Shown here one piece after another: positions 1-7,385 of a stretch of DNA of 45,809 nucleotides. The translations under genes and the position numbers were made by a program. Origin of the DNA: Candidatus Berkelbacteria bacterium (lineage in GTDB: Bacteria; Patescibacteriota; UBA1384; 2-12-FULL-50-11); the NCBI GenBank assembly GCA_030650195.1, contig JAUSEP010000086.1:1-45809 (forward strand), written 5' to 3'. Each line of letters begins with the position of its first letter. Positions within the stretch are counted from its first letter, which is position 1. Below the pieces are notes generated by a model that saw only the letters and a program-made list of their open reading frames with translations, had not been told where the DNA came from and made no database searches.

Positions 1-1
1 C

Positions 2-376
2 GCCCTAGTGCACGATCGACTAAAAACTCTAGGAGAGATAGAGGGTTTGATAGATTACTTTTTTGTCACTCCTTCCTACGAGCCAACGCTTCTGATTGCA
101 AAAAAATCTACTAAAGAGAATACGCTTTTGGCACTCAAGGCAGCTATTAAAGTTATTACGGAATTAAAAACCTTAGGCCTAGATCAAGTTGAGCCAGCTT
201 TAAGAGGTGCGGCCCAAGACTTGAAAATTAAAGATGGTGAATTGCTTTGGGCAGTTCGTGTTGCTCTGTCTGGCCGTGACGCTTCTCCCGGCGCGTTTGA
301 GTTACTTAGTGTAATAGGCAAAGAAGAGTCGATTGAAAGACTCAATACTGCTCTAAAAAAACTTTCAGCCAAGTAG
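2..376 (+). CDS. gltX: Glutamate--tRNA ligase, C-terminal anticodon-binding domain (partial, starts before window)
   Basis: VRVALSGRDASPGAFELL...GKEESIERL matches the GluRS C-terminus; frame open from window start; followed by tRNA-Gln. Confidence 0.9.
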   Translation, partial: ALVHDRLKTLGEIEGLIDYFFVTPSYEPTLLIAKKSTKENTLLALKAAIKVITELKTLGLDQVEPALRGAAQDLKIKDGELLWAVRVALSGRDASPGAFELLSVIGKEESIERLNTALKKLSAK

Positions 377-414
377 TGACTGGTACACCTGTTTCTGGTA
401 AAATTTCAGAGTAT

Positions 415-486
415 TGCCGGGTCGTCTAGCGGTAGGACGTCTGCCTCTGGAGCAGAAAATCGAAGGTTCGAATCCTTCCCCGGCAG
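415..486 (+). tRNA. tRNA-Gln(CTG)
   Basis: Acceptor TGCCGGG/CCCGGCA, anticodon arm TCTGC-ctCTGga-GCAGA, T arm GAAGG-TTCGAAT-CCTTC; CCA not encoded. Confidence 0.96.
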
Positions 487-498
487 CAACCTATTAGT

Positions 499-531
499 AA
501 AAAAACACCCCCAGGAAGATTCCCTGAGGGT
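499..531 (-). terminator. Intrinsic terminator for the minus-strand gene ending at 550
   Basis: Imperfect hairpin ACCCCCAGG...CCTGAGGGT next to an A7 tract (U tract on minus strand). Confidence 0.6.
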
Positions 532-549
532 AAAGCGTCGCATGACTCG

Positions 550-1830
550 TCACGAGGCATGCGGCGGAATGTAAAATGGGTCGAAGGCACTGGCCTGGAC
601 AGCTATCTGCCGATAGCAATACAGGACATCTATGTCGTCGCCGGTTGGACGAACCCGGCTGGGAAATATTGGCTCGACGACCAGTAGGGTCATCGGCGCT
701 TTCTTTCCTCCAGTGGGTTGTGTTGGGAACGAGATGACTCGTGACAAGTCACGGCCGAGTCTTTCGCAAGCGGTGGCGATACTTACTGTGTTACCGTCAG
801 GCGAAAGGCAGTCATTTCGCGCCTTGATAAGCGGATCGAGCTGGCCGACGGTGTGGCCCAAGAAGTTCCACGTCGTTGCACCGAGACCTCTTGGTACTCG
901 GGAGAAGTCGCCCTTGAGGGCTCGTCTCCGTAGCATCATAACGTGACTCGTCAGGCTATTCACAGCTTCTGCTTCGTTGTTCCAGTGCTTACCCTCAGGG
1001 GCTTCGCGACTGATAGCAATAGCCATAATGCCGGTATCGCTTCTGATGAAATACATCATGGTCGAGACTGCCTTGATCACTCGCACCATAGTGTACTCCG
1101 ACGCCGGACGGAGCGGTTCCGCCTTCTTGGCCTTTGCTTTGGCTTTGCCTGATATTCGGCCAACGAAGTGCGCAATGACGCCTTCGTTGTCATCGCCAGT
1201 TTTGGCTAAAGTCAGATCAGCTGGCTCAGGATTAGTGAGTCTCTTCACCTGACCGGTGACAAACTTAGTTCGACCGAAGAACGTGTAGGCGTTCAACCTA
1301 TTGACGTTTCCACCAGTTTCTCGAACGCTCAGTAGAGCTGATCGGAGACCCTGGACAAGACCGCTAACTTCCAAGTCACGTTCGGGATTGAACAGAGCCA
1401 TCCGAGTTTCAGCAGCGCCGATTTCACGTTCCTTCTGCTCAGCAAGCTGTTTGGTTTGGTGCAGTTCAGCGCTGACTTCGGACAACTGTCGCCGAATAAT
1501 CGACACTTCGTCGTCCGTCGTTTCTGCCTGTAATCCACCCAGGAACCTCACGCCATCTGAGATCGGACTCTCGATTGGTGCAAGAAACTGTTCGACGGCA
1601 GCCATCTGCTCCTCTTCGGTTAGTCCGTCCCAGGTGTCGAACGGTCCGGTGACCTCAGAGTACTCGCTTGCCGTAACCCTTCCCCGGTTTTTATCCGGAT
1701 GGAGTGTTAGAGCTAAGCCATTCTTGTGCCTCCTTACCAGGTCAATAACCAATTGCGGATCTCGAGAAGCGAGGCTGAAGAGTTGCCTCCCCAGCCCCAT
1801 CTTGAATAAAGGGTTTTCCTCTCTTTCCAT
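550..1830 (-). CDS. Hypothetical protein with degenerate J-domain-like HPD motif and coiled coil
   Basis: ATG at 1830 with AGGAG SD; LALTLHPDKNRG near N-terminus; heptad-rich segment IRRQLSEVSAELHQTKQLAEQKEREI. Confidence 0.6.
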   Translation of the reverse strand: MEREENPLFKMGLGRQLFSLASRDPQLVIDLVRRHKNGLALTLHPDKNRGRVTASEYSEVTGPFDTWDGLTEEEQMAAVEQFLAPIESPISDGVRFLGGLQAETTDDEVSIIRRQLSEVSAELHQTKQLAEQKEREIGAAETRMALFNPERDLEVSGLVQGLRSALLSVRETGGNVNRLNAYTFFGRTKFVTGQVKRLTNPEPADLTLAKTGDDNEGVIAHFVGRISGKAKAKAKKAEPLRPASEYTMVRVIKAVSTMMYFIRSDTGIMAIAISREAPEGKHWNNEAEAVNSLTSHVMMLRRRALKGDFSRVPRGLGATTWNFLGHTVGQLDPLIKARNDCLSPDGNTVSIATACERLGRDLSRVISFPTQPTGGKKAPMTLLVVEPIFPSRVRPTGDDIDVLYCYRQIAVQASAFDPFYIPPHAS

Positions 1831-1834
1831 GTGT

Positions 1835-2545
1835 TTACTCCTGGTAGCGAAGCACGTTCTCCACAAAACGTGCGGTGTCGTCGTCGAAGCGGCCAGAGCC
1901 GTTATCGAACAGTAAGTCTTCGTCAGCTTCATCCGGGATGGCGATTTCCTGCCGATGCAACTTGATGGTCGCATCGTTGCGAGAAACCTTCCCAAGAATA
2001 AGCTGAATAAAAAGTCTTTCGTCATCTACGGCCATGTGATATGCCTCGAGGACGTTGTTGCCGAATTCCTCTTCGACACGGTGATAGACGCGGTGAACGG
2101 GGAAATCCCCGCCAATCCGTTCGGCAATCTCCATGAACAGTTCGAGGATGGCGACAACACTTTCGGGAATCTCTTCTACTTCGGTAGGAGTGTGTTCACT
2201 GAAACCCATTTGAGCGAGGTAACGACTGATGAGTATGACACTCATTTGATACATGCCGTACTCATCTCGGATTCCAAGACACAGCTTCAACCTTGGCATG
2301 GAGATACCCTTCTTGGTGTGCCAGGTGACAATACTTGTGATATTGCTCTTGTGGCGTTCGGATAATTCCAGGGCCAAGTCCAACTTTTTACCAACAAACC
2401 CCGCCGCGATATACCGCGCCAGAGTCTTGTCGGTCAGGTTGGGCATGACACGACGAATCTTGGCGACGGCTCGTCGGTTTTCTAGCGGCGCTAGCTCACC
2501 GACGATTCTCGCAAGGACGAGAGATTGTTTGGTTTGTTTCTGCAT
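1835..2545 (-). CDS. Hypothetical protein
   Basis: 236-aa ORF from ATG 2545 downstream of a strong promoter; stop 4 nt before the next start; no family recognised. Confidence 0.6.
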   Translation of the reverse strand: MQKQTKQSLVLARIVGELAPLENRRAVAKIRRVMPNLTDKTLARYIAAGFVGKKLDLALELSERHKSNITSIVTWHTKKGISMPRLKLCLGIRDEYGMYQMSVILISRYLAQMGFSEHTPTEVEEIPESVVAILELFMEIAERIGGDFPVHRVYHRVEEEFGNNVLEAYHMAVDDERLFIQLILGKVSRNDATIKLHRQEIAIPDEADEDLLFDNGSGRFDDDTARFVENVLRYQE

Positions 2546-2571
2546 GTTAATGATGCCCCAAAGACTCGTGG

Positions 2572-2601
2572 ATTTTAACATAGTTTTAGGCTATTTGTCA
2601 A
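2572..2601 (-). promoter_or_regulatory. Sigma70-type promoter
   Basis: TTGACA-18 nt-TAAAAT with TG extension on minus strand. Confidence 0.65.
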
Positions 2602-2687
2602 CTACCAACGATCAAGATTTGTTTAAGGATTTACTCTATCCCAGGTGAATGGACTGGTTCAACCTGTAAGGGGTCTTGCCCCTGTAG

Positions 2688-3455
2688 CTAGTTTCTCTTC
2701 GTCAGCTCGGTCCAGACACCTTTGCAGAACTCTCGCAGGTTGTGTGCAATGACGGCATCGTGAATTTCCACCAAGTAATGTGGGGAGCGGTTAGTTACCA
2801 CCATAATCATATAGTCTCCCACGGCCCAGCTCGTGGCTGTGATCTCTTTAATCGGTTTCCAGAAGCGAATCTCCCGATTCGGGTGGCCTGTAACTCGCTT
2901 TTCAATTTCAGCTTCACTGGAAAGTAGTTTGCCGTGCATGTCAGCGCTAGAGGGTTGCTGCCAGTAGGTCTCAATCCAGTCTATGTACTGCTCTACCAAT
3001 GTTGGGTCTTGGTAGCCCCACCAGGTGCTGTCAACTGCTTTGGCACTCGCATTCCAAATCGGAGTTTGCTGGCGCAAAAAGCGATTAATATCTTCCTCGG
3101 CGATAAATTGAATTTTAGGGACTGGGTACTGAACGGTCGCGGCTTCCTTTTCTAGTGCCGCAATCAGTGGAGAGAGTTGTTTTTTCTTTTCATCGACCAG
3201 GCGTTGCTCTTCCTCGACTAGAGTTGCTAAGTGCTTGGGCGGCACGGCGGTGAGTCTGGCTGTTTTTCGGCTTAAATCTTCGGCGATTAAGCCACGCTTG
3301 ATCAATTCTTTTGCAGCGGAGTAGACCGTCGTGCGTTTGATTCCGGCAGACACCGCAACCTCGGCGGGGGAGATTATCCCAGCTTTGAGCACCGTTAAGT
3401 ACACCCCTGTTTCGGTGTCATTTAATCCGAACATCTTGAGTAGTTCGTTTGTCAT
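2688..3455 (-). CDS. TrmB-family transcriptional regulator
   Basis: N-terminal wHTH pattern FGLNDTETGVYLTVL...GIKRTTVYSAAKELIKRGLI, coiled linker, PKIQFI effector-domain start. Confidence 0.88.
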   Translation of the reverse strand: MTNELLKMFGLNDTETGVYLTVLKAGIISPAEVAVSAGIKRTTVYSAAKELIKRGLIAEDLSRKTARLTAVPPKHLATLVEEEQRLVDEKKKQLSPLIAALEKEAATVQYPVPKIQFIAEEDINRFLRQQTPIWNASAKAVDSTWWGYQDPTLVEQYIDWIETYWQQPSSADMHGKLLSSEAEIEKRVTGHPNREIRFWKPIKEITATSWAVGDYMIMVVTNRSPHYLVEIHDAVIAHNLREFCKGVWTELTKRN

Positions 3456-3461
3456 GTTTGA

Positions 3462-3559
3462 ACTATAGCATTTTGACGAATATTAGTCAACATACGTAAC
3501 TGTAAAGGATAGAAATTTGTTGTAAATGTATTGACATATACTATTAACCGTGATAATAT
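3462..3559. promoter_or_regulatory. Divergent promoters with palindromic candidate operator
   Basis: Minus: TTGACT(3490-3485)-17-TATAGT(3467-3462). Plus: TTGACA(3531-3536)-17-TAATAT. Inverted repeat TTGACgAATATTaGTCAA at 3473-3490. Confidence 0.65.
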
Positions 3560-3595
3560 ATGCAGGTAATGAAGTCCTTTAAAAGGAAACCCAAC

Positions 3596-4309
3596 ATGAA
3601 AAAAATAGACAAAAGATTTGCAGACAAGATTGGTACCGAGTACGCGCTTTTCCAACTGGCCTCGCCGCATTATATGGAGTGCCAGAAGCTGGTGGCGAGC
3701 ATCACAGCGCAACATACTAACGATACACCTCGTATTCTGGAGATCGGCTGCGGCACCGGGCTAACGACGCTCGAGTTGATTAAGGCAATTCCCGGCGCCA
3801 AGATCACCGCGTTTGATGCCGAGGAGGCGATGCTTGCTCAAGCTAAAAAGGTTCTGCCGAAAAGCGTGGAGCTTGTTTGGGCCGATGTGCAATTTTGTCT
3901 CAACAATATGGACCAGACAGGGAGCAGTCATCGCCAGAGCTACGACGCTATTGTGTCGGCGTTCTGTCTTCACAATATCGCGGCGAAGTACAGAGATACT
4001 ATCTACTACCATCTAGGACGGTTTTTGAAAAGTGGTGGGATTTTTGTGACGGCAGACAAAATTGCTGAGGAAGATCCAATGAAACACTGGCACGCGTTTC
4101 GCGACCAAATTGAAGCGTTCTCGGTCTTCCAGGGAACTGATTATCCCGAGTTGCAGGCCGAGTGGACCGTCCACTATCTTGAGGACGAGGTAATTAAGCT
4201 CACTGAGCGAGAGCTACGGCATCAGCTGAGAGACAGAATTGGCTGCAAGGAGGTCCAGTTCCACCAGCGCTGGGGAATGGACGCGGTGTTTAGCGGCGTC
4301 AAGCAGTAG
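3596..4309 (+). CDS. Class I SAM-dependent methyltransferase
   Basis: ILEIGCGTG motif I, FDAEEAML, YDAIVSAFCLHN; AAAGGA SD before ATG 3596. Confidence 0.9.
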   Translation: MKKIDKRFADKIGTEYALFQLASPHYMECQKLVASITAQHTNDTPRILEIGCGTGLTTLELIKAIPGAKITAFDAEEAMLAQAKKVLPKSVELVWADVQFCLNNMDQTGSSHRQSYDAIVSAFCLHNIAAKYRDTIYYHLGRFLKSGGIFVTADKIAEEDPMKHWHAFRDQIEAFSVFQGTDYPELQAEWTVHYLEDEVIKLTERELRHQLRDRIGCKEVQFHQRWGMDAVFSGVKQ

Positions 4310-4387
4310 GCGCGCTTCAGAGTTCATATCCGGCCGGGTAACTCCCGGCCTGAAATTGAGGGCTGAAGGCCCTGGCACGTGAATAAG

Positions 4388-5080
4388 ATGAAACAGCTAC
4401 TCCTATGTACTCTCGTCATTGGCCTGGGCACTTTTTGCAGTGCGCAGGCGCCGTCCATCGATATCGGCTACAACAGGTTGTATCTAGGTGGCGACACCGG
4501 CGTGTTGATCTCTAAGGATCCGACCGTCAATATCTCACTCACCTGGGCCGGCCGTGACGGCTACTTCAACATTTGGCGTTCCTTTGACGCCGGAGGTAAC
4601 CCAGGCTACGGCAACGAAATTGACTTCAGTGTTGGCAAGACGCTACTGCGTACGAAAGGCTGGTCGATCTCGGGCGAAGCTGCCTATATCGGGCTTTATC
4701 CGTTGACAACGGTACCGGGCGATCTGTTGTCGTTCAAAGTAGTCTTTGCATCGGAAAGAGGGACGTGGAGGCCTTACCTGTCGCTCCAGAGAATGCTTCC
4801 GACCGATGTCGAAACTCTGAAAGGAGGCGGCTTATATCGCCTCGGTGTCCGGCATTTCTTTAAGCAAGGAGCTGTCGCTGACCTGTCCGCGGTGGGTCAC
4901 GACGGCGTCTTTGGGCGTCGGCCAGAGTCCCTGAGCTCGTTGCGACTGAAGCTATTCGTACCGTTCGGGCATGGCAAGAACGCGATGTCGGGCTACATTA
5001 CCTACCAACGTGGCGTGGGGCATTCCGACGGGCTCTCGCCTCGCTCATGCTGGGTAGCGGGCTGCACTTTGCGGCTCTGA
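4388..5080 (+). CDS. Secreted protein with beta-barrel-like pattern
   Basis: Signal peptide MKQLLLCTLVIGLGTFCSA; alternating amphipathic strands; NEIDFSVG reminiscent of TorF-like porins. Confidence 0.5.
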   Translation: MKQLLLCTLVIGLGTFCSAQAPSIDIGYNRLYLGGDTGVLISKDPTVNISLTWAGRDGYFNIWRSFDAGGNPGYGNEIDFSVGKTLLRTKGWSISGEAAYIGLYPLTTVPGDLLSFKVVFASERGTWRPYLSLQRMLPTDVETLKGGGLYRLGVRHFFKQGAVADLSAVGHDGVFGRRPESLSSLRLKLFVPFGHGKNAMSGYITYQRGVGHSDGLSPRSCWVAGCTLRL

Positions 5081-5120
5081 CAAGCGACAAATTAACTACA
5101 AAGACAGGTCAGGTGAAACC

Positions 5121-5149
5121 GCCCTCCCGTAAAACGGAGGGCACTTTTT
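5121..5149 (+). terminator. Intrinsic terminator
   Basis: GCCCTCC(C)GT-AAA-ACGGAGGGC hairpin followed by T5. Confidence 0.7.
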
Positions 5150-5195
5150 ATATCCTTCACCGGTAGCCAAAACCCTCAGTACGGTTGCCTAGGAG

Positions 5196-5933
5196 TTACT
5201 TCTTGGCTTGCTTCCAAAGACCCATGAAAAACTGTCGCATCAGCTTAGCAAAAGAGCTGCTCTCGATCCGCATACCGAAGTCTTCTTCGATCGGAGAGAA
5301 GAAACAGACCGCTTCATTCGCGATGATTATACCCATACCAAGCTCAATATCCTCGGTAAGATAGCGAGCTTCTCGCAGGGCGGCTTCACGCTCTTCGGAA
5401 CCTTCGAAGGGTATCTCTGTGCTGTGGGAGCGTAAAGTCTTGGTGTGGATACCCTGTTTTATGCGTTCGTTTATTACTTCTACCATTTCGCTTTTGCCGA
5501 AAAGAGCAGCCATATATTTACTAGGGAAGTATGTGAGAATCTCTTTGGGGTGTGACTCAATACTCAATCTATAAAGGTTACGTAGCTGTTCTGGTCCCTC
5601 GTAGTATTCGATCTTAGGTTTTCTCGTGCCCATAGCCGATAAGGCTAGCATTGCTGGTAGGGCCTCTCTTAGTAAACTCTCTTTTTGTTTTAGATATACC
5701 ACCAATTGTTTGGGCTCAATGGCGGCATAGAGTTTACGTTTACCCGAAAGGGTCACTAGCATTATGCCCTCGTCCACAAGCCGTTCCAAAAGCCTGTAAA
5801 GCATCGGACGATGCATCTTAGCTGTTTTGGCCAACGACAAAACGGAAGAGGGTCCTAGTTGGAGGGAAGCAAGGTAAAGCTGAGCCTCTTTAGGAGTGAG
5901 TCCAATCTGTTGAAGGATTTCGGCAGTATTCAT
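5196..5933 (-). CDS. TrmB-family transcriptional regulator
   Basis: LQQIGLTPKEAQLYLASLQLG...HRPMLYRLLERLVDEG; PKIEYYEG; paralog of 2688..3455. Confidence 0.9.
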   Translation of the reverse strand: MNTAEILQQIGLTPKEAQLYLASLQLGPSSVLSLAKTAKMHRPMLYRLLERLVDEGIMLVTLSGKRKLYAAIEPKQLVVYLKQKESLLREALPAMLALSAMGTRKPKIEYYEGPEQLRNLYRLSIESHPKEILTYFPSKYMAALFGKSEMVEVINERIKQGIHTKTLRSHSTEIPFEGSEEREAALREARYLTEDIELGMGIIIANEAVCFFSPIEEDFGMRIESSSFAKLMRQFFMGLWKQAKK

Positions 5934-5935
5934 GT

Positions 5936-6054
5936 TGTACTAATAGTAATACAAAAACTATACAATGTCAAGTGGTAGAACAATTCTATAACTGAAAGCT
6001 AAATGAAAAATAGTGTACTAAAGTATTGACAGAAATCGTAATCTGTGTTACACT
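5936..6054. promoter_or_regulatory. Divergent promoters with repeated candidate TrmB operator
   Basis: Plus: TTGACA(6026-6031)-17-TACACT with TG. Minus: TTGACA(5971-5966)-17-TACTAT. Related boxes TGTACTAATAGTA (5936) and TGTACTAAAGTA (6014) each overlap or abut a promoter element. Confidence 0.65.
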
Positions 6055-6100
6055 GCGCTACAGAATTCCGGTAACGCGGAACCTTAACAAGGAGCAACAA

Positions 6101-7054
6101 ATGTATAATCGTTTTGAAGAAATCGAGCGGAGCTTCGCCATCGGTAACACGCCGCTCGATCAGTTGGCCGCTCCCGGTTCCGGGAACCAGCTGTTCGTCA
6201 AGCTCGAATACGCCAACCACACCGGGAGTCATTACGACCGGGTGTATCTTCACCTGCTTCGGCAGCTTGAAGAGGGTGGCAAAATTATTCCGGGGGTTAC
6301 GACTCTTGTGGAGACAACCTCGGGTAATGCCGGTGCTTCCTGCGCCTTCATGGCTCGTCAGCTTGGTTACGACTGTCTGATCTTTGTTCCTGAGAATCTC
6401 CCAGAGAGACGAAAGGATCTGATCCGGCGGTACGGTGCCAAGCTGAGGGAAACGGCAGGCGAGCAATATATCCAGGGATCTGCCGCGGCAATGCGCCAGT
6501 TTCTCAAGGATACGTCCGGCGAGAAGGTGGATGGGGTGCGCAAGTACTACTCTCCCAACCACTCGCAAGTGGAGGCATCCTGCGAAGCGATGACCGCGCT
6601 GGCATCTGAGGCGCTGTCGCAGGCAGAAGGAGCCTTTGACTGCTTTATCGGAGCCGCCGGTAACGGAACAACTCTGAAGGGAATCGGGAGAGTGTTGAAA
6701 AGCGCTAATCAGGCGCTTCACGTAATCGCTTTCGATCCGGCAGAGTCACCAGTTGCCTACTGTCTCAAGTACGGGCAAGAAGTGGCGGAGCCGTTCCATC
6801 AGCACGGGATGTACGGCGCTGGCGCTTGGGGAGTCACCTTTCCTCACTTAGAGGAGGCGGTCAGTCAGCTGGTCGAAGAAGTAAGACTGGTGGAAGACGT
6901 CCAATGGCAGAAGGCTCAGCAGGAGTTACTCCTTCTTGGCTACGCTGTCGGACCGACGTCGGCCGCTTCTTACTTTCTCGCCTGCCAGTACTGTGAAACA
7001 CGGTCGGATAAGCGAGTGTTCATTGTTTTCTACGACCAAAGCGATCGGTACTAG
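6101..7054 (+). CDS. Cysteine synthase-like fold-type II protein with the PLP lysine replaced by Tyr
   Basis: IGNTPL, KLEYANHTGSHYDR, ETTSGNAG, GAAGNGTT, VGPTSAAS, YDQSDRY; AAGGAG SD before ATG 6101. Confidence 0.85.
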   Translation: MYNRFEEIERSFAIGNTPLDQLAAPGSGNQLFVKLEYANHTGSHYDRVYLHLLRQLEEGGKIIPGVTTLVETTSGNAGASCAFMARQLGYDCLIFVPENLPERRKDLIRRYGAKLRETAGEQYIQGSAAAMRQFLKDTSGEKVDGVRKYYSPNHSQVEASCEAMTALASEALSQAEGAFDCFIGAAGNGTTLKGIGRVLKSANQALHVIAFDPAESPVAYCLKYGQEVAEPFHQHGMYGAGAWGVTFPHLEEAVSQLVEEVRLVEDVQWQKAQQELLLLGYAVGPTSAASYFLACQYCETRSDKRVFIVFYDQSDRY

Positions 7055-7077
7055 AGCCGAGAGCGAGGATCGGTCTT

Positions 7078-7106
7078 GGGGGTGGCTATTTGCCGCTCCC
7101 TTTTTT
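7078..7106 (+). terminator. Intrinsic terminator
   Basis: GGGGGTGGC-TATTT-GCCGCTCCC then T6. Confidence 0.8.
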
Positions 7107-7163
7107 GCTTTTTCCCGGCAGCAACTATTGACTGTCTCCGAACCCAAGTCTAGTGTTTGGCTT

Positions 7164-7334
7164 ATGAACAAGGCCTTCTACTGGGTAGCGGTATTAGTAG
7201 CGATAGTGTTAATAGTTCTTGGTGTACTTGCTAGCCGCAAGACACCAACACAGACCGATACGAACAATAATGGCGACTCTTTTAATGCCGATCAGCTCCA
7301 AGACGCTGCAGATAAGACTCCGGCCACCAACTAA
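7164..7334 (+). CDS. Small single-pass membrane protein (56 aa)
   Basis: Hydrophobic N-terminus and polar tail; promoter TTGACT(7128)-17-TAGTGT(7151) ends 7 nt before the ATG. Confidence 0.65.
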   Translation: MNKAFYWVAVLVAIVLIVLGVLASRKTPTQTDTNNNGDSFNADQLQDAADKTPATN

Positions 7335-7385
7335 TTCCTAACCACTCTTTTGGGGTGAGCTCCAAAATCCGTTATCGTGGTATTG

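Noticed and set aside
1831-2025. Longer start for the 550..2025 ORF
   Set aside because: Overlaps the upstream gene; ATG 1830 has an SD and sits 4 nt after the upstream stop
415-7106. Integrative element or prophage at tRNA-Gln (likewise tRNA-Glu)
   Set aside because: No integrase, phage genes or duplicated tRNA 3' end found by eye
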